Assembly (NCBI GenBank): GCA_036785375.1
Contig: JAWMAR010000058.1
Location: 6,820,001-6,884,000, forward strand
Length of the DNA stretch: 64,000 bases
Origin: Leucoraja ocellata
Taxonomy: Eukaryota
Direction of reading: 5' to 3'
Shown here piece after piece: positions 10,305-23,430 of the stretch (its first letter is position 1; every line of letters starts with the position of its first letter). The notes under the pieces were generated by a model, which saw only the letters and a program-made list of their open reading frames with translations, was not told where the DNA came from and searched no databases. Made by a program: the position numbers and the translations under genes.

Positions 10305-11460
10305 TAAGTCAACCCACTGCCCTTTCACCCCTGGGCCAGTGAGTCAAAACACTGCCTTTTCACCCTGGCCCAGTAAATTAAGACGCAGCCTTTCATCCCT
10401 GGGCCAGTGAGCCAACACACTACCACAGAGTCACACTGACATAATATACAGAGCCAGGCCATTCAGCCCATTGATAATAATCCCATTTGCCTTCATTAGG
10501 ACCGTGTCGTTCCATGCCTTGCCTATTTAATTGTCTGCCCAGATGCCTCTGAGAGATAGTGATTGTATCTAATTCCACCACCTTCTCTAGCAGTGAGTTC
10601 AAAGATATCAACTATGTAAAAGACATCTATCAGTTCCCCTTTAAAACCCCTTCCTCTCACTTTACACCAATACCCTCTTGAATTTAATATCCATGCGGTG
10701 GGAAGAAAGATTCTGACATCTGCCCTATCTTGGCCTCCAATCATCTTATATATATAGATATATATACACACACACACACACACACATATATATTTATATG
10801 TATATATCTCTACCAGGTCACCCTCGACCTCCTTTGCTCATGACAAAATTAGCGTAGCTCAGCCAATCTCTTCCCATTACTAAAGTCCTCAGTCCAGGCA
10901 ACATCCTGGTGAACCTCCTCTGCGCTCTCTCGAGTGAAACAACATTCTTCCTATAGTGTTCAGAACTGCACGCAATATTCTGAGGGCAGTTTAACCAGTG
11001 TTTTGTAAAGTTGCAACATAAATGTTGGGCCCACTCTTATATTCTCTTATATTCCGTGCCCTGACCTGTGAAGGCAAGCATGCCATAAGCCACCTTCACC
11101 ACCCCATCCAATTGTCTTGCCACTTTCTGTAAATTATGGACTTGGGCCACATCAATATTCTTCAATGCCCTACCATTTACTATAAATGTCCTACCCGGTT
11201 TTAAATGCGCCACCTTGCATGTGTTGGGAATTAATCCCATCTGCTGGTGCTTTGTCCAAATTTCCATCTGATCTGTTTGTGCTGCAGCCTTATACAACTT
11301 CTCTCACTGTCCACAATAACACCAACTTTCATATTCGAAATGGTGCATTTTCAAGGGAAGTCGAAGGACATGTTATTAAAAAGAACGGTGTAAAGTGAGA
11401 GGAAAGACTTCACCCCTGGGCCAGTGAGTCAACAGACTGCCCTTTCACCTCTGGGTTGGA
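10305..11460. repeat. ~34-bp tandem repeat (CCTTTCACCCCTGGGCCAGTGAGTCAACACACTG) split by a CR1 insertion
   Basis: Units at 10321, 10355 and 10389, resuming at ~11408-11460. Confidence 0.8.
10425..11330 (-). mobile_element. CR1 LINE 3' portion containing an (AT)n/(CA)n microsatellite
   Basis: Minus frames give LKVARQLDGVVKVAYGMLAF..GTEYK and RGYWCKVRGRGFK; CR1 3' UTR near 10425. Confidence 0.85.
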
Positions 11461-12184
11461 AAATCTCTGCAGTGATGGAAAATGCTGAATGAGAGGAATG
11501 TGGAGGCTTTTTAGTGCGTTTGCTTCTACATAGTTCAGCCTCAATCAATTGCGCTACCACATCGGTATGCAGGGTAGTGAAAGAAAGTGTGATCTAGTGC
11601 AGCTCCGATTTAGTGTTGATCATCCCCACCTCTGGCCCACCAGGTGAGAGGTCTGATCCCCACTCCGTTCTTTGCCAATGATTATGAAGCCCATCGAACT
11701 CTACATCAATGCACAACTAACCACCCTTGGGCTGGATAAGGGGCATTTACCTGGACCTTTGAAACAGGTCTCCCACAAGAAACAGTGAGGGCCCAATGAT
11801 GTAACACATGTAGTACAGAGGGTTCAGTTGAGAGGTTTGATCCCTGCCTATGCTACTGGGGTCACTACTGGGGTCACTACAGGTCACAAGATTGGTGTGG
11901 TGGGAAATGAGGAGTGACACAGACTGAAGCTATTTTTTTTTGCAGGAAATATATGCTGCACTGGACCAAAGAGTTGTGGAGTCACACAGAACAATGCCCT
12001 TCAGCCCATTGAGTCTGTGCCAACCATCAACTACCCATTTATACTAATCCTACTTTAATCTTATGTTATTCTCCCAACTTTTCATTAGCACCTCCTCCCA
12101 CCTCTCATCTACACACCAGGGGTCATTTACCTTAGCCAATTAGACTGCCTCTTTTTCCAGCAAACCGTTATAACTCATGAGTTG

Positions 12185-12285
12185 GAAGGATCTGCACATG
12201 CTGGTTTACACCGAAGATAGACACAAAATGCTGGAATAACTCAGCTGGACAGGCAGCATCTCTGGAGGGAAGGAATGAGAGAAGA
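12185..12285 (-). mobile_element. PLE-derived terminal fragment
   Basis: GATAGACACAAAATGCTGGAATAACTCAGCTGGACAGGCAGCATCTCTGGAG. Confidence 0.85.
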
Positions 12286-13219
12286 AAAGTCACCCATAAA
12301 AACTCATGTCTCTTAAGTCCCCATCCACCTCATTTGTCTATCAATACCATCTCCCCCCGACTCTTAAGCCCTTTGCTAATAGAATCAATTTGTCCTGAAC
12401 ACTTACGCAATGTCCTGTTCAAGTTTGAATGTCTCGAGTAAACATCCTTAACAATCTCGCTTCTAAAAGAAGCCAAACCAATGTCCCAAGGGTCTGGTAT
12501 AACTCTCTACTGCACCAACAATATGATTGATGTTGATAAGGCAGGATGTTGCTTCCTTAGCATTAGAGACCACATAGAGACACTGGAGCATGTGACCAGG
12601 GGGGAATGTGGCCCAAATGTTAAATAACTGGCAGCTGACAAAATTCCAGCAGCAGAATTTTTTCTATGCAACTAAGCAACGAGGCCTCTTCTTAATAGTC
12701 CTTAACTGAAAGCCTAGTGCAGACGGAGGAGACAGGGAATGTCAGTGTGTCAAGGACAAATACACAGAGACAGGTATAGAAACTAATCCAAAAAGAGAAG
12801 AGCGCTGTGCGAGGCAGGCCCAAAATGAGACAGGCATTGACAGGTGGGCCGCGGGAATAGTGAGGAGCCCCTCAGGACTTCACCAAGAGGATCTTTATCA
12901 AGTGATCCAGTCCAATGAGAAGCCAGATTGTCAGTATGATTATCAGTGAAGTGTCACAGCCTGACACTTCATAGTTGGAGATGACAAGAGAGAAGTTGGG
13001 GATGAAAAAGATCGAGACGCGGAACGGGGAAGGGCTGCCGAGAGAGAGAGAGATGGATAAAGTTTGCCGAGAGAGTGGATGGGAGAGTGAGGGGAAAGAG
13101 TGCCCGACGGTAAAAAATTTGGAAGTCGGGAAATTAAGTTAGACCATTTAATTAGCGGAGAGGGAGATTTTGAAAGAGAATGAAGGAAGGAGAAGGAGTG
13201 AGGGTGAGGCATTTAGAAA

Positions 13220-13460
13220 GGACATACAAGATACTGCAGATGTTGGAATCTGGAGCAAATACAAACTGCTGGAGAAACACGGCAGAGCTGGCCGCATCTG
13301 TGGAGACAGAGGGATGGCCAATATTCCAGGCTGAGACCCTGCATCATGATCTGATGCACATTCCTGATGCAGGGTCTTAACCTGCGATGTCAGCCGTCCC
13401 CCTGCCTTCACAGATGCTGCCTGACCCGCTGGATTCCTCTCGCAGTTTGTTTTTTTATGC
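13220..13460. mobile_element. Older palindromic PLE-derived element
   Basis: Diverged inverted arms (GCATCTGTGGAG..AGACCCTGCATCA / TGATGCAGGGTCT..CACAGATGCTGC). Confidence 0.75.
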
Positions 13461-15645
13461 CTGAAATTCATAGCCAGGCTTTGGACCCAGGTTATGGTAT
13501 CTGGTATGGCTGGGATGAATTTTGTTCAATGTCGGGGAAAAGGTCATTGAGCAATTGTTGATGATAATTTCTATCTCTTGATTTTTTCGCTACATTCAAC
13601 AAAGAATTGACTACGTGGAACAGGTCTGAAACATATGTTGGTGATGAGATTTCTTTGCAATATTGTTATCCATTCAGCCTGTACATTGTTCTTCACGCTT
13701 AATCGAGGTGCATCGATGGAGCCTCTCCCACTGTGATTACAGAGGGTGCACGTAAGAAAGTGAGGTGGATGGTGAATGCTAAAGATAAAGAAGAAAGAGT
13801 GAATGAGATAACAGTGATGAGAAATGAAAGAATGAATTAATATAAATTCATGTTGGACTCAAAATGTCCGCATGTCACGATCGGCCATGTACCTCCACTC
13901 TGAAGTTGGCGGTGAGCTTCAGCACTTGTTTAGCACATTTACTGCACACACTGAGTCCCTAAGCAAAGTCTGCAACAGGGCACTTCATGGCAAGGGTGCC
14001 AGAGTGAGTCTCTAAAGTGTGATAGCCACAGGGTAACACTGCCAAGTACCGTCGGAGCTGACCATAGGGTTAATCTTTCCTTGCAAGAAGCCGATCACAG
14101 AGCCCTGACATTGCGTAGCTCGAACTACAACCAAGGGCGAAATACGCCACAGTGCTTCAGCGTGTCTCCGGAACTGACCGCACACCAATAACCCCCGAAC
14201 AAGACGTACGAGCAAAACCATGACACCTATTAAAGCTTGCTGTGAACCTGTCAATCTTCCTTCCTGATAGAGGATGTCATGTGTCACAGGCATATTTGGT
14301 TGTGATGGACAGGTGTCAGTTTGAACGGGACACACTAAACAACAGACCCACATCCGCAGTGTCAATAGCAGGAAGGAGTTTGAGTTATTATTGTAACAAA
14401 AGTGTTTTGCCTGTAGCTTGAGATTTATGAGTTCCATTCTGACGAACCGTGCTGCACAATATAATTGGGAGTAAAATTGCAGCCGGCAAAAGAGCTGGAT
14501 TAAAATCAGAAGATAGACCCATAAATCATCCCACCTAACTCAACACACCAAACATTTTGGACCCGCTGGAGTTAGGATGCTTGACAAATCCCTGTGTCGG
14601 TGGCGTGCTGTTCATTCATTCCAGTTCCTTCATTCAGTTTCGTTTGAAGGATCAGGGCATGAGTCAAAGTTGATGAAGAAAATCTCTGTAACGGCAGTGC
14701 CAATCAATGATAGGCACACCTGGCCAATTTAAAGGAGACCCTCCCTCCCACTGGTGCCGGCCTAAACGAGCCCTCATTGTGAGTGAGATGACCATCTTAG
14801 AGCTGCACCCTTCACTTCTGATCTGATCGGCTCTATTGAGAGGTACAGGCTAGGTACTGACAAACACCAGGGAAAGCATTGGCCTCTGCCTAGTTCTCCA
14901 CCTGTGTCCTCATGGGAGGTTGGGTCTTAAGCCTTTAAGCCTATTAAGACCTTGGGTCATGGGAGGAAGGCTCATGCAGCTCTTGAGAATGGACTTGGTT
15001 ATTGCTGGGCCTCATCAGTGAAGGGGCAGCAGGTTGCCCTCTGTTTATCCCCACCTCACCCTATCCCCACCTCCTCAACAACACAAGGATGTCATGCTCA
15101 CCAGCAGGTAAGGCTGTTTTTCCCATGGCTGATCACATGCATGTGTCACAGCAAACCCAAGGATGCCCGCACATCCATCCTTTCCACACATCCCTCGCAC
15201 CTAATGTAACTGGATAACACTTTTTCTCCCCTTCTCTTGCCACCACTTGGGTTTTGGGGCTAAATAGATGATCTTACACCTGGCTTATCATGGTTGTGCA
15301 TTTACCCATTGAGCCATCAAGAGCACTAGAGTCTGTTTTGCAGATTGATAATTACTCACATTACAATAATAGATAATGTCTTATACGTGATCGTATGGTA
15401 TCAGGATTGTCAGGGAAACATGGCTTCATTCTCATGGAAACAGATTATATGTGTATATTTCTATGGACCAGGCCAAAGACCAAACCTTAAAGTAAGCAAA
15501 GCAAAGAAATTAAAAGAAAAATTTGGACTTACCGTTTCAATTTCGTTGTCCAATCGAAGATCACACTTTTACAATGGCTTGTCGTCAGAATGAAAATGGC
15601 TGTAAATCTCCAAAATGCACCAGTAAACTCAATGAAATGGCATCA

Positions 15646-15739
15646 CATCACTCAAAATGGCTGCTGCATCACTCAAAATGGCTGCTGTATCACTCAAAAT
15701 GGCTGCTGTATCACTCAAAATGACTGTGTCACTCAAAAC
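15646..15739. repeat. 21-bp tandem repeat ATCACTCAAAATGGCTGCTGY, ~4.5 copies
   Basis: Three near-exact copies plus two partial copies. Confidence 0.95.
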
Positions 15740-18354
15740 GTCTCCCTGGCCTGTCTACACATATGAAAAGGTGAAAAGAAGAGCCTGTGCGCCAGCCAAT
15801 AATGTCTCAGCTGCCCCAGTTTGTGCTGTACCCTTTATTGATTTTGATTTTGGACCCAACCATCAATTAGCATGCTCTGTGCTAACAAATTCTAAAGTTA
15901 GGTCAAAAGTGTGTCAGTAAAATACAGGTCTCTAAACATGAATGATGCAGAATCCAAGATTCAAACAAAGGGCAAATCTCCACATGGGAGAGGGTTGCAA
16001 CCATTCAGGAATGACTTGGAGTTTTAAGGGATTCATTTTTAACCTCCATAATACTGCAAACCCAGGACCAAAACCATAGTCATTCAAAAATATTTTCTCT
16101 TTAAATTTTCTTTGAACATTATTGGGAAGACAGGCTCTTTGACCTGGAATGTGTCATCCACTTAGGTAAGAAGATCTGTTGACTTGTCAACAGAGCTGGA
16201 AGGGCGGGAAAACCATTCCTGGCAATTTGTAACAGGTGTGATGGAAGGTGGGAGGTCTTGTGATGAAATCTCCTGGAACTGGTCCAAACGTGGCCACGCT
16301 GGTTGCAGGGGAAGGATGAAGTGGCAATGTGTTAGCTATCGGCTTGGTGAAAAGAACGAAACTGCCTGGAATGTGCCTGGCACCTGTCCACCAATGGAAT
16401 TGTCAAGTGTAGTCTCCAAACTGGGGCCATCACCTCAGTGAAACTGGAGCAATTACTGTTGTGCCACACTGCAGCAGAAGGGGATCTTGCAATTTGAAGG
16501 TTTCCTGCAGTCTGAGCAACCACATATCTCTTTGTTAGATTTTCATGTTTTTCAGTGTTATGCTCAGAAATATATAAAATGAAAATGACATTTGATTTTC
16601 TTTTAAAATGTTTAATTTTCAACACTTAATTTTCCATCTTCCCTTTTGTGGCCCAGGAATATTTGAGATTCACTGTATTCTGGACTCTTATGTTTTTGTG
16701 AATAATCCTGATGCTTGAAATATCACAGGTGTGGACAGACCCAATGGACCAACTGGTCATTCCCTCCCCGTCACTGTTCCTCTTAGCCTTATAACCTGGA
16801 GCTCCTGCTGAACAATAACCATCAATAGCATTCCTGAACTCACGGTAGTATGTTCACTGCCCGCTAAACATTCGCCGAGGGAGATGCATCTGTTCCACTG
16901 TGAACAGCCGGAAGAGCTTATATTTTATTCTCCTCTCCTTGAACCAGAGGCAGGGCTGAGGAAGTACTAAGAGAATTGAAATAAATAGGATGTTCAATAG
17001 ATAGCCCATAATCCTGCACTTATAACTGTAAAATAAATGGAGGCAACGCAAGAGGCTATTTGGGGCTACATTCCCAGCTTCCTTCTTGATCTGAGAAATA
17101 GCACAACAGAGGGAAAGAAGTGAAAAGACAGATGATAATTTTATCCCCAAGTACCAGGTCAGATCTTGCCCAGTTTTCTTCAACTGGAATGATGACCAAC
17201 TAGGTCCAGTTTACTCGCTACGGGTGGTCTCTTCAGCAGTTGCCAAGGTTTTGCAAAGTCCTGGGCCAATGGGTGGAAGCTCACAACATGAAACCATAAA
17301 AATATTTTGTATGATTTAGATACGAACAGTGAGCATCTAAATCAGCACTAGGGGGGTACACGATCCAAATACAAATCAGCACACAGTTGGTTGGGAAGAC
17401 CCTGCCAAGTTTAGTCAACCCAATATGTTTCCTTATTATGCTGTTATTAAAGGGTTAAGTTGTACCTCCGGTTACTAATAAAGGGAGACCAGCAGCCCCG
17501 TAATGCTAAAATAACTTTGCACTGGATAACACTGGGAAGCTTTTTCAGGAACATCAACTTCTCCTGACGAGTGAGAAGAATTATGGACCAAGCATTGAGA
17601 TGCATTGACTTCTTTCCCACCAAAACCCATTAGAAATAAGTTAACAGCATCCAATAACTCACTTGGAGACAGCTTGTCCCCTTCACAAATCCCAGGAGTT
17701 AGGGCACAACTAAAAATGACACTCTGGATGGCTCCTCTCCTGGAAATTGGGACAAATCCTAAACTAACTCACTTACGATTATATTGGAAGGTGATTAAGA
17801 TCTTGTTCAAGATAGGATAGCATCTTAAACTCCCCCTTTCCACTCCAGGAGCATATGAATTAGGAATTAATTATTGTAGCTGTATCCCCCCCACCCCATC
17901 CTTAAATCAGGGCAGGTTTTGTCCTAAAACAAATATTTTATCTTTATCTGTTGTTTATTTTGTCTTTATCTGTTGTTTAGTAACTTCTTATTTTTCTTCT
18001 TGCCATACATAATCCCTGCCTTAAACTCCAACTCATCAATTGTTCTCCAGTCTAGAATAATTTTTTTTTCTTCTCGACTCTGTTTTGCTTTTTAAAAATT
18101 ATTGCCTGGATCTGATTCCAAATGTTGATGCAACTTTAGTTTTGGACTACTTCCCACTCTGAGACAATCCCATAGAAAAGTTAAGGAGAATTCTTCATGA
18201 TCATTGTTCTAGTTGAGTGTAATGAGTTGCAACTTGCACTAAACCCCACAGAATCAGCTACCGACTGACTTAAAAAAAGTCCACCACCAACCCACCTCTT
18301 CAGTTGCACCTCGATATGGAAAATAAGATCCCTTTGGGCAGATACTATAATGCT

Positions 18355-18735
18355 TTCAACTTTGGCTTTCATTTGCATCTCATGTGGATAAAGTTGCCAA
18401 GGCCAGCACTTATTGGGCACCCCCAAACTATATTCCCAAAGGTGATGGTGAGTGAGCTTCTTGAGTCGGTGCCATCTGTGTGATGAAGATTGATGTAGTA
18501 ATTCAGGCATTTAAGAGCAAACCACATTGCTCTGGGTCAGGAGCCCAACGGGGCAAAGCAGCGCAGACTTCCTCAGTGAAACAGATAGGTATTTGTGACA
18601 GTTCAGTAGTTTCATAGTCTCCATTACTGGTACTGCCATTCCAGATTTAGCAATTAACAGTTCCAGTGTGGAACTTGTAATTTCCAGATCATTAGACCAA
18701 ACCACAGATTGCTGGTTTAGTAGTTTCACCACCTC
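18355..18735 (-). mobile_element. CR1-clade 3' end plus an adjacent old SINE
   Basis: Reverse of LKKLTHHHL plus UTR; SINE body similar to the plus-strand copy at 59490-59770. Confidence 0.6.
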
Positions 18736-19297
18736 TGCTCCTGTTCTTGTGAAATACTTCCCAGCTTCAGGGTTTTTGATCTAATCCATGCATGTCTATC
18801 TGCTGCAAGAGATCGCCACTCCAGCGGGATATTTAAGTCTTAAATGAATAAACTCATCATTCTGGGTCTTATGGCCCTGTTCATTCTGGTTGCAGTAAAT
18901 GAGTGTTAATTAAATCCACAAATATACCCCCATTGGAAGCAAGGGCTTGAACTCTTTATTAACAGACGGCAGTCGACTGGGCAGCTCCTCACACATGGCG
19001 GTCACCAATGAATCTCTGGGACAAATGCACAGCTAAACTCTATTTATATACAGATTATTTTTAATCAGCACAAAGCCTAGGTGTGAATGATGAGATAATT
19101 AACTTTCAACAGCCCTCAGAATACACAGGCACATGAAGACCTTAAACTTTGCAATTGTTCTCTCCTCTTTACTCCCCCTCTATATCTTTGCATTTAAGAT
19201 AATTTCACCATTGGATTTGATTGTTATTCTTCTAATTTTTGAGGACGACAGTGTTTCTGCTACATTCTCTCCATGCCCATTATTCATGCATTATTAG

Positions 19298-19612
19298 AGT
19301 CATAGATTCAGAGCCATACAGAATGGAAACAGGCCCTTCAGCCCAACTTGCCCAACATGTCCTATCTGCCCATATCCTTCCTTATCCTATCATATCCATG
19401 TACCTGTCTAAATGTTTTTTAAACATTGTGATAGGAGCAGCCTCAACTATCTCCTCCAGCAGCCTGTTCTATATACCTAACACCCATTGTGTAAAATAGT
19501 TGCCCCTCAGGTTCCTTTTAAATCCTTTCACCCTCATCTTAAATCTATTTCCTCAGATTCTTGATTCTCATACTCTAGGTAAATGACTATGCATTACACT
19601 ATTTATTCCTGG
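19298..19612 (-). mobile_element. CR1 3' end
   Basis: GAGTCATAG..GGAAACAGGCCCTTCAGCCC..CACCCATTGTGTAAAA..TTGCCCCTCAGGTTCC. Confidence 0.8.
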
Positions 19613-20364
19613 ACAATAGGAGTTTCACTGAAACCCTGTACAATGCAATCTTCATCAATTGCCTACATATTTTACATTACAATATGGTGGTGGGGTAGCA
19701 GTGGCGAGAAGATCACCTTAGACTTTAGGCTGCTAACTTGTAGTGATTTCTAAAGGAATCCTTACTTCTTAACCAACATCTGTTCCTCTTCTGCATAGTG
19801 TCTGAAAGCAAACTATGGAATTCAGGCAGGGAACAAATAGTTAAGCCACTGAATTCAAACTTGGCCTGGCTACATTGGCATATTTCCAGGTCCAATTCGC
19901 CAAGTTGAGCCTCTTCCATTAATAAACCCAATGTCAGGAGTTGTCACAGCTGGGCAGAAGAGGGACTATTGTAGATGGGACATGTTGGTCAGTTGGGGCA
20001 AGTTGGGTTGAAGGACCTGTTTGCATATGACTCTATGAATCTATGACTCTAATAATGCATGATGCAAGTGTGGTCACTGAAACCAGGAAAAAAACCCAGG
20101 GTGGGTGACTGTTCTCTCTGCTAACGCACAGAGAGTCAGGAAAAAAAACACAAGTTCCCTGTTAACATCTCATTCAAGACTACCCATAGAACTTACTCTT
20201 TATGAGACACTTTAGGCTGCTTCAGTTGTGTGATGACATGATGTATCGATGCTAATTTTGTCTAAATACTAATGTTTCTTTCTCGCATATAAATGTGTCT
20301 GTCTAAAACTAATGCAGAAAACTACCATATTCTGTAAGCTATCAATTCCTTAATTCCCCAGATC

Positions 20365-20600
20365 TCATCCCATCCACATCGACCAGTTGTCCATTTGCAG
20401 CTACCCCAATTCATTGGTGAGTTATTCCCTGTATTCACCCAACCCCATTGGTCAGTTGTCCATCTTTATTCAACAAACCCCATTGGTCTGTTGTTCTGCA
20501 CATCCTACCCTGATTGATCAGTTGTTCTGCTCTCACCCTATCCCCATTGTTGAATTATCTGCTGTCCTCACCCCACCCCCATTGGTCTGCTACCCCGCAC
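20365..20600. repeat. Degenerate ~33-bp repeat centred on CCCATTGGTC
   Basis: ATTGG/ATTGA/ATTGT at 20413, 20447, 20482, 20513, 20546, 20581. Confidence 0.7.
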
Positions 20601-20872
20601 TGATCTCATGCTCCCTGCTTAATCCAACCAATAACTTTCACTCCGCTGTTGACCCTTTATTTATCTCCTCTGCAACCATATTTGGGGCTACTTAAGAGCA
20701 TCCTTCAGTAATTATTGCCATCTACTTCTCAAGATCAGCATTGGCTTGGTATTTTATGAAAATCACAAGATGCTCAAAAACTGAAATAAAAACTGGAAAA
20801 ACTCAGCAGGTCAGTGGTAAGAGAAACAGAGATAATATTTCACGTTGAACAATGTTCTATCAAAGGGTCTTT

Positions 20873-21161
20873 TAATTTAGTTTAGAGATACAGCGCGGAA
20901 ACAGACCCTTCGGCCCACCGAGTCCGTGCCGACCAGCGATCCCTGCACACTAACACTGTCCTGCACACACTAGGGACAATTTACAAGTTTGACCAAAGCC
21001 AATTAACCTACAAGCCTGCACGTCTTTGGAGTGTGGGAGGAAACCGGAACGCCCAGAGAAAAACCCACGCAGGTCACAGGGAGAACTTACAAACTCCGTA
21101 CAGGCACCACCCGCAGTCAGGATCGAACCTGGGTCTCTACGGTTGTTCCACCGTGCCTGCC
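20873..21161 (-). mobile_element. Young V-SINE inserted at the apex of an old palindromic PLE-derived element
   Basis: GTCTTT at 20867-20872 and 21162-21167 (TSD); clear V-domain and B box; host arms at ~20770-20870 and ~21165-21245. Confidence 0.85.
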
Positions 21162-22107
21162 GTCTTTGACCTGAACCATTGACTTAGTTTCTTCTTCCAC
21201 AAATGTTACCTGATCTGCTCAGTGTTTCCAGCAGCTTCTGATTTAATTAGGACTGTTTTAATTTGGTAAATTATACAGTTGCTTTGAGCTTTTTTTGTGA
21301 GCTATAAATTGTATTTGTTTGGGCTTGCGTTATTCAGAGATTGCAAGGGGCTATACTTTTAATCATCAACCAATCCTCCCAACTGTCGAGCAATAGAGGG
21401 TTCTGAGTCTGGAAGCGATGTGCTGGTATGCTGCTTTGTTTGGTCATATTTGAACAGAAAGTGCTGTGTCACTTTCTCACAAGATGTAGCAGCACTGGGC
21501 CCATTGGATTTTGACTACAAGCTCCACATACATTGCACACAATGGAGATACATCAAATAGAGAGAAAACAATGTCCGAGGAATGTATGGAACAATTTCCA
21601 TTATTAACAGAACTTTGGACTAAAACATAGATACGGAATAACAAACACTGCAAATGATGGCTCACGTTGTTGAAAATCACCACAATATTTTTAGTTACTC
21701 AACTTACAAACTTCAAGGCAGCATGAAGATTGCACAAAGGAAAGAATAAACAGAATGGAAACAGAAGACAGGAAGATGCCATGGAAGAGGACTGAAAGAA
21801 GACAAAGCAATGGGAAGCAATGGCAGAGGGCGATTCAGGATCACAGAGAAAGAAAAGGTCTGAATCAGGTGAGGAAGAGAGACCTCAGGACTAGCAGTAA
21901 AGAATGAAGGCTTGAAGCAGTCAATCAATACCAGGGCACCATTGACATCATAACAAATAACGCAAGTGTCACCTGTTCCACTCTGGAAGGTTATCACAGA
22001 ATTAAGGAGATACGTAGTCAGGATGGCATTGATGCCTTGCCCTTTGCATAGTGTGACCGGTGGAAGAACACCTGTCTGTTGGACTATGAGGGAAAGAGAT
22101 GGCTCTC

Positions 22108-22645
22108 TGAACAGATGCGCCGTAGAAATCTGTACACAGGGTCAGATCAGGATGCATCTTTATCGGGATGCATCACAGCATGGTTTGGGAACAGCTCCAT
22201 CCAAGACCACAAGAAATTGCAGAGAATAGTGGACACAGCCCAGATCATCACACAAACCAACCTCCCTTCTATTAACTCCATTTATACCTCACGCTGCCTC
22301 GGCAAGGCCACCAGCATTATCAAGGATGAAAAGGTATGGAAGTGTGAAAACTCACACCTCCAGATTCAGGGACAGTTTTTTCCCCAGCTGTTATCAGGCA
22401 ACTGAACCATCCTACCACAACTAGAGAGCAGTCCTGAACTCCTTTCTACCTTATTGGAGACCCTCAGACTAATTTTGATCAGACTTTACTGGCTTTATCT
22501 TGTAATAAACGTTATTCATGTTAGTTGCTTTATCGTGTATTGGCACACTGTGAATGGATCGATTGTAATCATGTATTGTCTTTCCGCAACTGGTTAGCAT
22601 GCACCAAATGCTTTTCACTGTACCTCAGTCGATACACATGACAAT

Positions 22646-22736
<91 letters not shown>

Positions 22737-22737
22737 A
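22108..22737 (+). mobile_element. Rex1/Babar LINE 3' fragment with long (AACT)n tail
   Basis: LSGCITAWFGNSSIQDHKKLQRIVDTAQIITQTNLPSI..IYTSRCLGKATSIIKD; ACAATAAA followed by ~22 AACT units. Confidence 0.85.
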
Positions 22738-23211
22738 CGGGAACAGGTAAGGCACTTCCTTGTGAAAAGCGTACACCTTTGATTCTCAGGCAAATGAGGA
22801 GAGAGATGTCCTGCAGATTGTACCAGATGACCGTTGATTTCTAACTTGGCTGAATCAGCTCTCATCACGCTCTCCGATTTATCAACCAGCTTTCTGCACT
22901 CTGCTCCTGAAGATGCCAGCCTTCGCTGCAATACCAGTGGAGCACTCACCAATAGGAGGTTCCTGGCATGGAGTTTAAATCAGCAGGAATGTGATTTGGT
23001 TGAGCAAATAAATGTCAGCTCTTCGGCTCGATTGGATTAATAGGCAAGTCCAATCTGCCCACTCTCCTGCAGTGCGCTGTCGTACTCTGGCCAATCCTGC
23101 TCTTGCTTCTGTCCAGTGAAGGCCAACAGACAGCCGTCAGAAAAAGTTCTGCAGGTGGGATTCTGCTCCACAAACATATAGAGAGTTCAGCAGCAACAGT
23201 GGCAGCAGCAG

Positions 23212-23430
23212 AACTCTCTGCCACAGAGGGTAGTTGAGGCCAGTTCATTAGCTATATTTAAGAGGGAGTTAGATGTGGCCCTTGTGGCTAAGGGGATCAG
23301 AGGGTATGGAGAGAAGGCAGGTACGGGATACTGAGTTGGATGATCAGCCATGATCATATTGAATGGCGGTGCAGGCTCGAAGGGCCGAATGGCCTACTCC
23401 TGCACCTAATTTCTATGTTTCTATGTTTCT
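23212..23430 (+). mobile_element. Young CR1 3' end
   Basis: Nearly identical to ~57885-58101; ends TTTCTATGTTTCTATGTTTCT. Confidence 0.92.

Noticed and set aside
10305-10420. CRISPR-like ~34-bp repeats (also the 21-bp and 44-bp arrays)
   Set aside because: Units are contiguous with no unique spacers, no cas genes, and the context is vertebrate
14012-14437. 141-aa minus-strand ORF, and other 100-170 aa ORFs such as 37528-38037 and 26848-27174
   Set aside because: No recognisable motifs or exon structure; length is compatible with chance or antisense-to-repeat frames
17380-18330. Possible ancient L1/Tx1 fragment (also ~23500-24000) and old L2 at ~52500-53500
   Set aside because: Texture is suggestive but I could not read a diagnostic protein motif
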